DNA of 61,722 bases from a bacterium (GCA_037137535.1 JBAXKC010000014.1:1-61722); one strand, 5' to 3'; counted from the first letter of the stretch, positions 20,304-30,897 are shown. Program-made: numbers and translations. Notes: generated from the letters alone by a model not told the origin.

Positions 20304-22808
20304 TTGAGTCAGCAATCAATTTTTGGAGATGGAAAAGTAATCCCTATAAATATTAGGGATGAAATGAAACGTTCATATATAGATTACGCAATGTCCGTAA
20401 TCGTAGGAAGAGCCCTTCCCGATGTAAGAGACGGACTTAAACCTGTTCATAGAAGAATATTATTTGCTATGAACGAATTAGGAATGACCCCAGATAAGCC
20501 ATATAAGAAATGCGCTCGTATCGTTGGGGAAGTTCTGGGTAAATATCACCCTCACGGTGATACCGCTGTTTACGATTCTCTCGTAAGAATGGCACAAGAC
20601 TTTTCTACACGTTATCAAACAATTGACGGTCATGGTAACTTTGGTAGTGTTGATGGCGATAGTGCGGCTGCGATGCGTTATACCGAAGCAAGAATGAGAT
20701 TGATTGCAACTTCTATGCTTTCTGATATCGAATCGGAAACCGTAGACTTTGTTCCAAACTTTGACGGCAGTTTAGAAGAGCCGTCAGTTCTTCCTGTAAG
20801 ATTACCTATGCTTCTTTTAAACGGAAGTAGTGGTATTGCTGTAGGTATGGCAACAAATATTCCTCCTCATAATTCAACAGAAGTTATTGACGGAATACTT
20901 GCTTTTATTGATAATCCGGAAATAACTGTTACTGAAATTATGGAGCATATTAAAGGACCTGATTTCCCTACTGCTGCTACAATTTTAGGTTATGAAGGAA
21001 TCAGGCAGGCTTATCATACAGGTCGTGGCAGCGTTGTTATGAGAGCTGTTGCAGGTTTTGAAGAGATTGAAGCAAGTGCAGGCAGACACTCAAGAACAGC
21101 TATAATTATTACTGAGCTTCCATATCAAGTTAATAAAGCTAATTTAATTGAAAAAATAGCAGAACTTGTAAGAGATAAAAAACTTGAAGGTATAAGCGAT
21201 CTTAGAGACGAATCTGACAGAGATGGAATGAGAGTCGTTATAGAGCTTAAACGTGATGCAAAACCTGATGTGGTTCTTAATAACTTATATAAATCTACTC
21301 AAATGCAAACCACTTTTGGTGTGAATATGTTGGCACTTGTAAATAATCAGCCGAGAATTCTGAATATTTATGAAGTGTTAAATGAATTTATCGAGCATAG
21401 AGTTGAAATTGTTACCAGAAGAACACGTTATGACCTTAAAAAAGCAATAGCAAGAGCGCATATTCTTGCAGGTTTAATAATTGCTCTTGGTAATCTTGAT
21501 CAAGTTATTGAAATTATCAAAAAGTCTGAAAACTCAGAAAGAGCTAGAGCTGCTCTTATTTCTAATTTCGGACTTGATCTGGATCAGGCTAATGCAATTC
21601 TTGAAATGCAATTAAGAAGGCTTACCGGTTTAGAACAAGATAAAATTAATGCTGAGCATCATACCCTTAAGCAAAAAATAGCGGAATATAATGAAATTCT
21701 TTCTGACAGAAACAGAGTTCTTTCAATTATTAAAGTTGAATTAATTGAAGATAAAGAAAAATTCGGTGATGAAAGAAGAACAAGAATTATTCCTCATCAA
21801 GATGAATTAAGTATTCAAGATCTTACTCCTAATATTCCTATGGCAGTATTTATTACAAAGCATGGTTATATTAAGCGTATTTCTTTAGATACTTTTGAGC
21901 GTCAAAATAGAGCGACTAAAGGCAAAGGCGGAATGAAAACAAGAGATGACGATGATGTTGTCCATTTCTTTACTGCAATGATGCATGATAAAGTTCTATT
22001 CTTTAGTAATAAAGGAACAGCTTACAGTATAAATGTATATGACTTCCCTGAAGGCGGAAGAACAGCAAAAGGATTACCTATTATAAATATTCTGCCGCTG
22101 TCCCCTGAAGAAGAAATCACAACCGTTATACCTGTTTCTGAATTTGCTGAAGGCAGATATTTGATAATGTTGACAAGAAGAGGCTATATTAAGAAAATAT
22201 CTCTTTCTAACTTCTCTTCAATAAGAAGAAACGGACTTATAGCTATCGGACTTGATGATGATGATATTTTAGGCTGGGTAAAACTTGCTGAAGATGTTGA
22301 TGAAGTTATCATCGGAACAAGTCTTGGTATGGCAATCAGATTCCCGATAAGTGATCTTAGACCGCTTGGAAGAAGTGCTAGAGGTGTTACAGCTATTAAA
22401 CTTAGAGCTGATGACACAATCGTAGGAAGCGATATTGTTCCTAGAGATTATAGTGCTGATTTATTCGTTATTACCAATGACGGATACGGAAAAAGAAGTG
22501 CTATTTCTGAGTTCAGAGCTCAAAATAGAGGTGGTATCGGTCTTATTGCAACTAAATTCAAAAATCGTCAGAGCAGATTAGCTTCAATTAATATTGTTAC
22601 TGAAGATGATGAACTTGTAATTGCTACTACACAAGGTGTTGTAACAAGACAAAAAGTTTCCAATATTTCAAAACAAGGCAGAGCCGCGACAGGTGTATGC
22701 GTTCAATCATTGTTTGAAAGCGATAGCGTAGTTGCAGCATATAAAATTGCGCTAAAAGATGAAATAGACGGAGATGACGAAAATATAACATTAGAGATTG
22801 AAGAATAA
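20304..22808 (+). CDS. gyrA: DNA gyrase subunit A
   Basis: [22 protein letters not shown], catalytic AAMRYTE, GyrA-box QNRATKG; TTG start. Confidence 0.97.
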   Translation: MSQQSIFGDGKVIPINIRDEMKRSYIDYAMSVIVGRALPDVRDGLKPVHRRILFAMNELGMTPDKPYKKCARIVGEVLGKYHPHGDTAVYDSLVRMAQDFSTRYQTIDGHGNFGSVDGDSAAAMRYTEARMRLIATSMLSDIESETVDFVPNFDGSLEEPSVLPVRLPMLLLNGSSGIAVGMATNIPPHNSTEVIDGILAFIDNPEITVTEIMEHIKGPDFPTAATILGYEGIRQAYHTGRGSVVMRAVAGFEEIEASAGRHSRTAIIITELPYQVNKANLIEKIAELVRDKKLEGISDLRDESDRDGMRVVIELKRDAKPDVVLNNLYKSTQMQTTFGVNMLALVNNQPRILNIYEVLNEFIEHRVEIVTRRTRYDLKKAIARAHILAGLIIALGNLDQVIEIIKKSENSERARAALISNFGLDLDQANAILEMQLRRLTGLEQDKINAEHHTLKQKIAEYNEILSDRNRVLSIIKVELIEDKEKFGDERRTRIIPHQDELSIQDLTPNIPMAVFITKHGYIKRISLDTFERQNRATKGKGGMKTRDDDDVVHFFTAMMHDKVLFFSNKGTAYSINVYDFPEGGRTAKGLPIINILPLSPEEEITTVIPVSEFAEGRYLIMLTRRGYIKKISLSNFSSIRRNGLIAIGLDDDDILGWVKLAEDVDEVIIGTSLGMAIRFPISDLRPLGRSARGVTAIKLRADDTIVGSDIVPRDYSADLFVITNDGYGKRSAISEFRAQNRGGIGLIATKFKNRQSRLASINIVTEDDELVIATTQGVVTRQKVSNISKQGRAATGVCVQSLFESDSVVAAYKIALKDEIDGDDENITLEIEE

Positions 22809-22832
22809 ATTAAAATCTTAATCTATAAAAAT

Positions 22833-22871
22833 TATAAAATGGCTTCTGTTTAATTACAGGAGCTATTTTAT
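22833..22871 (+). terminator. Intrinsic terminator after gyrA
   Basis: ataaaatggcttctgt...acaggagctattttat imperfect stem with T-run. Confidence 0.6.
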
Positions 22872-23051
22872 TTTTGTATACCAATCTAACTTAATCAAGC
22901 TCGGAAAGTTCAATTATTTTATAGGATAGGAATATGAAAATATACTACTTGAGTGGTTTGCTTCTTTTCTCAAAAATTATTTTGTGTAAAATACCTCAAA
23001 GAGTAAGAAAAGAAGCCAGTAGCGGTCAGAGCTGTAAAGTTTTTGTTTTTG

Positions 23052-23085
23052 CTTCCTTTTTATTTTTTAAAAAATAAAAAGGAAG
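23052..23085. repeat. Perfect 34-bp palindrome
   Basis: cttcctttttattttttaaaaaataaaaaggaag equals its reverse complement. Confidence 0.85.
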
Positions 23086-23192
23086 TCGATGGCTTTAGAC
23101 ATCGAAATTTTCTTGTGATGAAAGAATTTAGTCAGCATCGAAACAAGTTTCGCATGACGTTTTATCAATTATTTTGTTGGAGCGGTATAGAT

Positions 23193-23220
23193 AAAAAGCC
23201 CCCTTAATTAAAAGGGGGTG
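23193..23220 (-). terminator. Intrinsic terminator, minus strand
   Basis: Minus strand reads cccccttttaattaagggggcttttt. Confidence 0.7.
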
Positions 23221-23359
23221 ACTTACTAGGAGTGGAAATAGTTGGACTGAAGAGTTGAATTATATATTTATATTAACAGGATAAATTTTTATCTCCATTC
23301 CTAAAAGGTGGTAAAAAATATCTCTCAAAAGAGGTATTAAATATTTACTTAAAATAAAA

Positions 23360-23785
23360 TTACAAGTTCATATGTTCAATTTTCGTGCATTTGTTCATTA
23401 CTACTTTTATTCCGTGTGATCTTGCTTTTTCAGCTGCTTCATTATTACAGAGTCCTAATTGAAGCCAAATTGTCTTAGGTTTTATATTTATTGCTTCATT
23501 AATTACTGATTCAAGCACATCGGGTTTTCTGAAAACATCAACCATATCAATTTTTACGGGAATAGATTTTAAGTCGGGATAACATTTTAATCCTAAAATT
23601 TCCTCGTATTTAGGATTTATGGGAATAACCTCATATCCTGTATTTATTAAGTATTTAGCTACGCTGTTGCTTGCTTTGGTCGGGTCATCTGAAATACCGA
23701 CAATTGCAATTGTTTTTGTAGTTTTTAAAATTTCTTTAATTTCTTCATTTGAAGCATTTTCTTTAGGAAATTCACAATTAGTCAT
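23360..23785 (-). CDS. CoA-binding protein (YccU-like)
   Basis: [30 protein letters not shown]. Confidence 0.9.
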   Translation of the reverse strand: MTNCEFPKENASNEEIKEILKTTKTIAIVGISDDPTKASNSVAKYLINTGYEVIPINPKYEEILGLKCYPDLKSIPVKIDMVDVFRKPDVLESVINEAINIKPKTIWLQLGLCNNEAAEKARSHGIKVVMNKCTKIEHMNL

Positions 23786-24161
23786 TTTCTTTCTCCTCTT
23801 TTTGGAAATTCAAAGCGGCTGAATTCATGCAATATCTTTTGCCTGTTGGTTTTGGGCCATCATCAAAGACATGACCTAAATGAGATCCGCATTTCTTGCA
23901 AAGAACTTCTGTTCTTAAAAAACCAAGAGAAATATCCCCTTCAAGTTCAACGCTATCAGAGGAATATTTCTCCCAAAAACTTGGCCATCCGCTGCCTGAA
24001 TCATATTTTGACTCAGAGTTGAATAATACGTTTCCGCAGTTAATGCATTTATAGATGCCATTTTCGTAAAATTTATTGTATTTTCCGCTAAAAGGAGCTT
24101 CTGTTCCTTTTTCTCTGGTTATATGGTACGCAAGATCTTTATATGATTCTTTTTCATTCAT
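23778..24161 (-). CDS. msrB: Peptide-methionine (R)-S-oxide reductase
   Basis: GTEAPF, two Cxx[24 protein letters not shown]. Confidence 0.97.
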   Translation of the reverse strand: MNEKESYKDLAYHITREKGTEAPFSGKYNKFYENGIYKCINCGNVLFNSESKYDSGSGWPSFWEKYSSDSVELEGDISLGFLRTEVLCKKCGSHLGHVFDDGPKPTGKRYCMNSAALNFQKEEKEND

Positions 24162-24229
24162 GAGATAATCCTCCTTAAAATGAGATTATTCCCAATATGA
24201 AGAAAAAAAATCGGTTAATTCGAGAATTG

Positions 24230-24718
24230 TTAAGCAGGAATAAATTGTCCCCATAAATCAAAAAGATCTGAAGAGTATTTACTCAATTCAAATCCAATCA
24301 TGTTATCAGGTTTTGCAGGTTCGGATAAAAGAGGCATTTGGGCTTCTTCGGGCGTACGGTCTGCTTTATGAAAATTACACTTAGAGCAAGCTGTAACAAG
24401 ATTTTCCCAGCTGTTTTTCCCGCCCCTTGATTTAGGATAAACATGGTCAAGTGTTGGTTTTGTAATTTTGCAACCGCAATACTGACAAGTATAATCATCT
24501 CGATGAAAGATATTTTTTCTGTTAAAAGGCAGTTCCTTTTTAGGAACTGCCACAAAATAACGCAATTTTATAACTGTAGGAATAATCTCGACCTCTTCCG
24601 CATTACACGTTTTGATAACTTCTTCAGCCTTTCCCTTCATGATTAGAACGAGAGCACGCTTAATACTGCAAACATTTAACGGTTCATCTGTGGCATTAAG
24701 GAGCAATACCTCACTCAT
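24230..24718 (-). CDS. HNH endonuclease (McrA-like)
   Basis: VLLLNA, RDDYTCQYCG, TLDHVYP.SRGG, WENLVTACSKCN. Confidence 0.92.
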   Translation of the reverse strand: MSEVLLLNATDEPLNVCSIKRALVLIMKGKAEEVIKTCNAEEVEIIPTVIKLRYFVAVPKKELPFNRKNIFHRDDYTCQYCGCKITKPTLDHVYPKSRGGKNSWENLVTACSKCNFHKADRTPEEAQMPLLSEPAKPDNMIGFELSKYSSDLFDLWGQFIPA

Positions 24719-24930
24719 TGTCCTTTCCTCTCTTATTTTTTATTTCATAATAGCCTTATTTACAATATTTTTAATTCTCAAGCTTAACTACTACATTTGT
24801 ATTATTCCCATGTAGTTACTTTTTTATGCGGAGGTATTAAGTTTTATTACATGCTTAATAAATTTATTAATGATGGGTAAATACATTTTGTAAGGATTTA
24901 TAATTTTTAAAAATTTATTGTTTATGACTA

Positions 24931-25872
24931 TTATAATTTTGATATGAAATTGGCAATACTCTGTATATGTGTTTGGTCTGTACCGCAGCAACCACCTAAT
25001 ATTCTTATTTGATAATTTTCATAAAGTTCGATTATATCTTTAGTGAACAATTCTGCATTTTGAGTATCTAATTCTATTGAATCATTAAGTTCATTAGGTG
25101 TCTTTTTAGAGGTATTTCCTTGAATTCCTATTAATCTTTCTGTTATTTCAGGATATGTAATTGTTTCTTTTTTTAGGGCTTTTTTAAGAGTCGTTGGATG
25201 AACACAATTAATCATATAGCAAATAGGTGCTTGACTTATTTCATTATCAATTTTTTGAATTGCATAACTAAGATTAGTTCCATCTAATAAGCAGCCATTT
25301 TCATCTATTATAAAACTGATTATATACGGTTTAGAATAAAGTGCCATTGCCTTTGCAATTCCATAGGCTTCTGAAAATGCCGGTAATGTTGCAGCAAATA
25401 AATAATCAATGTTCGTCTCATTAAGTTTTGAGATTTGTTTTTTATGATAATTAAAAGAGTTTATAGCATCTAAGGCCTCATCAGGTTTATAAGCATCACC
25501 TTTGCACCCTAAAAGACCGCCTATAAATATATTTTCAGAGAAATCATGATAATCATATTTTATTTTATCTAAAAATTTACAGCAATCATAATTTAAGTTT
25601 TTATCGTGATAATCGGATTGCATTATTCGATTATTGCTTAATCTCCATGTGGGAGCAAATATCATAATAGGTGTATTATGGTTGTATGCGATATCAATAT
25701 ATTGCTTGTAAATATTTTGAAGGATAACCTTGCTGCTATTATCATAAATTAAAGCAGAATTTGCTATATAATCATCAAGTTTTAATTTGTATTCACGGCT
25801 TAAACGTTCGATTATAGCTCCTTCTGTTAAAATAGGTTTTTTACTATTAATTAAATTTTTAAAAATTGACAT
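24931..25872 (-). CDS. Homocysteine S-methyltransferase family protein
   Basis: LTEGAI, PTWR, GCKGDAY, MINCVHP and GGCCGT zinc ligands. Confidence 0.88.
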   Translation of the reverse strand: MSIFKNLINSKKPILTEGAIIERLSREYKLKLDDYIANSALIYDNSSKVILQNIYKQYIDIAYNHNTPIMIFAPTWRLSNNRIMQSDYHDKNLNYDCCKFLDKIKYDYHDFSENIFIGGLLGCKGDAYKPDEALDAINSFNYHKKQISKLNETNIDYLFAATLPAFSEAYGIAKAMALYSKPYIISFIIDENGCLLDGTNLSYAIQKIDNEISQAPICYMINCVHPTTLKKALKKETITYPEITERLIGIQGNTSKKTPNELNDSIELDTQNAELFTKDIIELYENYQIRILGGCCGTDQTHIQSIANFISKL

Positions 25873-25886
25873 GCAAAACCTCTTAT

Positions 25887-26636
25887 TTAATTTTTAGCTT
25901 GCTTTATAATCATAGCTGAAATATACGCTGCTCCGAAACCGTTATCTATGTTTACAACACTTACATTTGAAGAGCAACTGTTTAACATTCCAAGAAGGGC
26001 TGCGATTCCGCCAAATGCTGCGCCATAACCAACGCTTGTAGGAACTGCCACGACAGGAGAAGAGGCTAATCCTCCTATAAAGCTGGCAAGCGCTCCTTCC
26101 ATTCCTGCTATTGCAATTACAGCAGAGGCTTTTTGTATTTTTTCTATTTCTGCAAAAATTCTATGACTTCCAGCCACTCCGCAGTCAAAAATGGTTTTTA
26201 CTTTTATTCCAAATGCTCTTAATACTGTTATTGCTTCATAGGCGACAGGTAGATCAGCTGTTCCTGCCGTTGCTACAAGAACATAGTTTTTTGACAGAAC
26301 TTCGGGAAGTTTTCCACAAACTATTACCCTGCTTTGTTCGTTATATTCGCATTCTTTGGTATTTGCAAGAACATATTCTGCTGTTTCTTTATCGGCTCTT
26401 GTTGCAAGGATAAGCCCGTTTTTATTTCTTAATTCTTCAAGGATTTTGCAAATTTGTTCTTTAGTTTTACCGGGGCAAAAAATAACTTCGGGAAATCCGT
26501 GTCTTAGTTTTCTGTGATGGTCAATTTTAGCAAAATCAATATCTTTATAAGGTAAAGTTTTTAAATGACTTTCGGTTTCTTCATAAGAAATTAAACCTTG
26601 TTTATATTGTTCAAGAAGTTCTTTTAAATTACTCAT
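25887..26636 (-). CDS. larB: Nickel pincer cofactor biosynthesis protein LarB
   Basis: GFPEVIFCPGKT, AGTAD, AGMEGAL, VPTSVGYG, VVNIDNGFGA; start taken at MSNLK. Confidence 0.93.
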   Translation of the reverse strand: MSNLKELLEQYKQGLISYEETESHLKTLPYKDIDFAKIDHHRKLRHGFPEVIFCPGKTKEQICKILEELRNKNGLILATRADKETAEYVLANTKECEYNEQSRVIVCGKLPEVLSKNYVLVATAGTADLPVAYEAITVLRAFGIKVKTIFDCGVAGSHRIFAEIEKIQKASAVIAIAGMEGALASFIGGLASSPVVAVPTSVGYGAAFGGIAALLGMLNSCSSNVSVVNIDNGFGAAYISAMIIKQAKN

Positions 26637-27486
26637 GATGGCTTCCTTCAAATACATTTAAACTGCCTGTTTTATATCCGCCAATATCAAGACAGACGTA
26701 TTTAAAACCGTATTCTTTGAGTTTTAGTTCTACTGATTTTCTATCATTACAAATGAATTTTTCTATATTTTCTTCTCTAAGTTCAATTCTGGCAATAGTG
26801 TCATGGTGTCTTATTCTTATGCCTTGATAACCCAAAGAGCTTATAAAAACTTCTGATTTTTCGACTAGGGAAAGTTTTTCTATGTCTATAGTTTCATTAT
26901 AAGGAATTCTTGATGCTAAGCAAGCATAAGACGGCTTATTCCATGTTTTTAGCCCTAAAGTTTTTGATATTTCTCTGATTTCACTTTTACTTAATTTCGC
27001 TTCCATTAAAGGACTTTTTATTGAAAGGTTTAATATTGCCTTAAATCCGGGTCGGTAATCGCTTAAATCGTCTGTATTTGAGCCTTCAAGAATGTTTATA
27101 ATTTTATAGTCTTTTGCAAGTTCCGTTATTTTTGAAAAAACCGTATTTTTGCAGAAATAACAGCGTTCAGGGCTATTATTTGTAATATCAGAGTTATTTA
27201 ACACACTTAAATTTAAAACCTGATGTTTAAATCCGTATTCCTTTGCCATTTCTATTGATTCTTGCAGTTCTGCGGAGGGTATTAATTCTGAATTTATAGT
27301 AAGGCATAAAGCATTTTCTCTTAATTCTCGGCTTGCTATAAATGCCAAAAGAGTGCTGTCTACTCCGCCGGAATAAGCAATAATAGCAGTTCCGCAGTCT
27401 TTAATTATTGTTTTAAGGTTTTCGTATTTTTCTTGTAATGCTTTATCCATAAACATATAGAATTCTTCATATTCTTTATTACTCAA
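26629..27486 (-). CDS. larE: ATP-dependent sulfur transferase LarE
   Basis: PP-loop SGGVDS, RCYFCK, DYRPG, ACLASR, RIRHH. Confidence 0.93.
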   Translation of the reverse strand: MSNKEYEEFYMFMDKALQEKYENLKTIIKDCGTAIIAYSGGVDSTLLAFIASRELRENALCLTINSELIPSAELQESIEMAKEYGFKHQVLNLSVLNNSDITNNSPERCYFCKNTVFSKITELAKDYKIINILEGSNTDDLSDYRPGFKAILNLSIKSPLMEAKLSKSEIREISKTLGLKTWNKPSYACLASRIPYNETIDIEKLSLVEKSEVFISSLGYQGIRIRHHDTIARIELREENIEKFICNDRKSVELKLKEYGFKYVCLDIGGYKTGSLNVFEGSHHE

Positions 27487-27531
27487 GTTTATTATACAAT
27501 AAATTACAGATTAGATACGCTGGCAGGTGCT

Positions 27532-28572
27532 ATGTTACTGAATGAATTTGATTATACTTTGCCCGAGGAGCTTATCGCTTCTTTTCCTCTTGAAAAAAGA
27601 GACTGTTCAAAGCTAATGGTTTTAAATAGAGAAAATCAATCTATTTCTCATAAAAATTTTTATGATGTAATAGATTTTTTTGAGGAAGGCGATGTTCTTG
27701 TTTTAAATGACACAAAAGTGATACCCGCAAGGCTTATCGGAAAAAAAGAAACAGGCGCAGCTATTGAGGTTTTTCTTAGTGAAAGAAAATCTGAAAAAAC
27801 GTGGGAAGTTTTAATAAGAAATGCGAAAAGAATTTCAAATGGGACAATAATTAAAATCACAGAGGATTTCTCTGCAAAAGCAATTGAAAGAGCTGATAAT
27901 AATAAATGGCTGGTTGAATTTGACTATAGGGGCGATTTTTGGGAAGCACTCGAAAAAGTCGGAAATATTCCATTACCTCCTTACATAGAAAGAAATTTAG
28001 CTGACGATGAGATAAAAAAGCTTGATTTTGAACGCTATCAGACCGTATATGCAAAATCCCCCGGTGCGGTGGCTGCTCCTACGGCAGGGCTTCATTTTAC
28101 TGATGATTTATTAGATAAATTAAGAGCAAAAGGCGTAAAAGTAACAACAGTAACTTTAAATGTAGGGTTGGGCACTTTTCGTCCCGTTAAATGTGATAAT
28201 ATTCTTGATCATAAAATGGATCGTGAATTTTATGAAATAACCGAAGAAACTGCAAATATTATAAATACTGCAAAATCTCAAAATAAAAGAATTATTGCAG
28301 TAGGAACAACAAGCGTAAGAACGCTTGAAACCTCTTTTGCCAAAAACAATGAATTAAAAGCAGATTGCGGATGGAGTGAGCTTTTTATTTACCCCGGTTA
28401 TAAATTTAATGTCATAGACAGGCTTATAACTAATTTTCATCTGCCAAAATCAACGTTGATAATGCTAGTTAGTGCTTTAGCAGGAAAAGAATTTGTATTT
28501 AATGCATATAGTCAAGCAATAGCTGAAAAATATCGTTTTTATAGCTATGGAGACTCTATGGTAGTTGTTTAG
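27532..28572 (+). CDS. queA: S-adenosylmethionine:tRNA ribosyltransferase-isomerase
   Basis: NDTKVIPARL, PLPPYI, AAPTAGLHF, TNFHLPKSTL, YRFYSYGD. Confidence 0.98.
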   Translation: MLLNEFDYTLPEELIASFPLEKRDCSKLMVLNRENQSISHKNFYDVIDFFEEGDVLVLNDTKVIPARLIGKKETGAAIEVFLSERKSEKTWEVLIRNAKRISNGTIIKITEDFSAKAIERADNNKWLVEFDYRGDFWEALEKVGNIPLPPYIERNLADDEIKKLDFERYQTVYAKSPGAVAAPTAGLHFTDDLLDKLRAKGVKVTTVTLNVGLGTFRPVKCDNILDHKMDREFYEITEETANIINTAKSQNKRIIAVGTTSVRTLETSFAKNNELKADCGWSELFIYPGYKFNVIDRLITNFHLPKSTLIMLVSALAGKEFVFNAYSQAIAEKYRFYSYGDSMVVV

Positions 28573-28573
28573 G

Positions 28574-29314
28574 CTAGTTATTTTTTAAATATTCAGCAGC
28601 ACAACCTATTCCTGTGCTGGCTGTGTTACATGTGTTAGTCATATTATCATTAGTACCATAGGGAACTAATTTATCTTTAAGTATCCAAAACTCATAAATA
28701 TCTTTTCCCATTCTATTTGGCTCTGCATATCCATTTACGTCAAGGAGGATAGTTCCGCAGGTTGTTGCAGTATTATATATTGCCCCTAGTCCAAGACTGT
28801 CAGGCTCATTACCTACACCATTACTTGTACAATTAACGCTTTGATGGCAAAGAAGAATAGTACTTCCATCTGAAAGAATAGCACCAGCCTGATCTGGCCA
28901 GCCTAAAGTAAGATTTGACCCATTTAGTCCTTTAAATGTAGCACTCTTAAAACAAGGATTTGGAACGGTATGCCATGATTCAGGAATAGGAGGTGAACAG
29001 CTGGGGCAACCCGGATAATGTCCATCACTAAAAGATTGCCAGTCAGAGCATACTTGTATTGTGTTTAAAGAAGGCAACATTAATTGAAGTAAAGGAATGT
29101 GAAAGAGCGGAATTCCCTTAAGTGTTCCATCATTTTTATTTGCAGCATAAATAGTAGCCTGGCTTAAAGAACTATATTGTTTTTTCAATAATGCTTTGTA
29201 TTTTGCATCATTTGAACTGTTTATTATTATGGGAAAAACAATAGATATAACTACCCCTATGATCGTTAAAGTTATCAGTGTTTCTGCAAGTGTCATTCCT
29301 GTCTTTTTCTTCAT
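28574..29314 (-). CDS. Type IV pilin-like protein A (class III signal peptide)
   Basis: MKKKTG|MTLAE plus hydrophobic helix; DVNGYAEPNRMGKDI; Cys-rich. Confidence 0.85.
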   Translation of the reverse strand: MKKKTGMTLAETLITLTIIGVVISIVFPIIINSSNDAKYKALLKKQYSSLSQATIYAANKNDGTLKGIPLFHIPLLQLMLPSLNTIQVCSDWQSFSDGHYPGCPSCSPPIPESWHTVPNPCFKSATFKGLNGSNLTLGWPDQAGAILSDGSTILLCHQSVNCTSNGVGNEPDSLGLGAIYNTATTCGTILLDVNGYAEPNRMGKDIYEFWILKDKLVPYGTNDNMTNTCNTASTGIGCAAEYLKNN

Positions 29315-29484
29315 TAGTCCTCTTTTAAAATAAAATTATTGTAGTTGATAATTAGTTTTTTAAATATTCAGCTGCACATCCATATCCTCCGCTATCTGTA
29401 TTGCAGGTGTTTATATAATTATCATTTTGTCCAAATGGTACTAATTTATCACTAAGCACCCAAAAACCATAAATATCTTTTCCA
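29247..29484 (+). repeat. Perfect 238-bp direct repeat, copy 1
   Basis: Identical to 30040-30277 (offset 793); covers the 5' end of pilin A, the spacer and the 3' end of pilin B. Confidence 0.92.
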
Positions 29485-30107
29485 GCCATATTAGGTTCAG
29501 CCTTCCCATTTACATCAAGTAATATCGATGCGCAAACAATAGGTTTATTGTAGGTGCCTCCTACCATATAATCAGATTGATACTGACATTGATTGTGCTT
29601 GTTACGGCTAAGTATTATCTCACTCCCATCTGCTAGCAATGCTCCTGCTAAACCTCCATGATCGCTAAAATCAATAGTTTGATTATTTAACAGAAGAAAT
29701 TTCTCTTTTGTCCAGCAGGGATCATTGCCTGTTTCATAGTAATATGGTTTAATTCCTCCTATCGGACATTCATTGTCGGCATCATTATTATTAGGGCTAC
29801 ATCCAGGATAAAAACCTTGTGCAAGGGTATGCCAGTCTGTACAGGTTTGGATTGTATTTAATGCAGGTGTTAGTTTGCTTAATAAAGGCCAATTATAACC
29901 TTCAATTCCTTTTAGATTTCCATCATTTTTATTAGAAGCATAAATAGTAGCCTGACTTAAAGCGCTATATTGTTTTTTCAATAATGCTTTGTATTTTGAA
30001 TCATTAGAGTTGTTTATTATTATGGGAAAAACAAGAGCAATAACTACCCCTATGATCGTTAAAGTTATCAGTGTTTCTGCAAGTGTCATTCCTGTCTTTT
30101 TCTTCAT
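29352..30107 (-). CDS. Type IV pilin-like protein B
   Basis: MKKKTG|MTLAE; DVNGKAEPNMAGKDI; 8 Cys. Confidence 0.85.
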   Translation of the reverse strand: MKKKTGMTLAETLITLTIIGVVIALVFPIIINNSNDSKYKALLKKQYSALSQATIYASNKNDGNLKGIEGYNWPLLSKLTPALNTIQTCTDWHTLAQGFYPGCSPNNNDADNECPIGGIKPYYYETGNDPCWTKEKFLLLNNQTIDFSDHGGLAGALLADGSEIILSRNKHNQCQYQSDYMVGGTYNKPIVCASILLDVNGKAEPNMAGKDIYGFWVLSDKLVPFGQNDNYINTCNTDSGGYGCAAEYLKN

Positions 30108-30277
30108 TAGTCCTCTTTTAAAATAAAATTATTGTAGTTGATAATTAGTTTTTTAAATATTCAGCTGCACATCCATATCCTCCGCTATCTGTATTGCAGG
30201 TGTTTATATAATTATCATTTTGTCCAAATGGTACTAATTTATCACTAAGCACCCAAAAACCATAAATATCTTTTCCA
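30040..30277 (+). repeat. Perfect 238-bp direct repeat, copy 2
   Basis: Identical to 29247-29484. Confidence 0.92.
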
Positions 30278-30897
30278 ACCATATTAGGTTCAGCATTACC
30301 ATTGACATCAAGTAATATTGTTCCGCAAACAAGGGGTTTATTGTAGGTTCCGTTAAAAAATTCATCCCATTGATATTGACATTGATTATGCTTAACATGA
30401 CTGACTAATATATTGCTTCCATCTGATAATACTGCTCCTGCCATATCGGGCCAGGCAAAATGAAACTCTTGCTTATTTAGTAGAAGAAATTTACTGTCTT
30501 TCCAACATCCACCATTTGGTATTTTAAAGCTATATGGTTGAACTCCTCCTACGGGACATTCATTATCAGCATCATTATTAATAGGATCACACCCAGGATA
30601 ATATCCGTTTTGAAAAGCGTTCCAGTCTCCGCATGTTTCGATTGTATTTAGTGCAGGGAGAAGTTTCGATAATAAAGGCCAATGATAACCTTCAATTCCT
30701 TTTAGAGTTCCATCATTTTTATTTGCAGCATAAATAGTAGCCTGGCTTAAAGCACTATATTGTTTTTTTAATAATGTTTTATATTTTGAATCATTTGAAT
30801 TGTTTATTATTATGGGGAAAACAATAGATATAACGACCCCTATAATAGTTAAAGTTATGAGTGTTTCTGCAAGTGTCATTCCTCTTTTTTTCTTCAT
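30145..30897 (-). CDS. Type IV pilin-like protein C
   Basis: Start moved to the ATG at 30897 (MKKKRG|MTLAE, after AGAGG); DVNGNAEPNMVGKDI; 8 Cys. Confidence 0.85.
   Translation of the reverse strand: MKKKRGMTLAETLITLTIIGVVISIVFPIIINNSNDSKYKTLLKKQYSALSQATIYAANKNDGTLKGIEGYHWPLLSKLLPALNTIETCGDWNAFQNGYYPGCDPINNDADNECPVGGVQPYSFKIPNGGCWKDSKFLLLNKQEFHFAWPDMAGAVLSDGSNILVSHVKHNQCQYQWDEFFNGTYNKPLVCGTILLDVNGNAEPNMVGKDIYGFWVLSDKLVPFGQNDNYINTCNTDSGGYGCAAEYLKN

Noticed and set aside
24230-24718. HNH gene as a homing endonuclease, Cas9 or IscB fragment
   Set aside because: Short McrA-like stand-alone type; no RuvC motifs, intron context or repeat array
28574-30897. Diversity-generating retroelement acting on the pilin repeats
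   Set aside because: No reverse transcriptase in the window; differences include indels and all base types rather than adenine-specific changes
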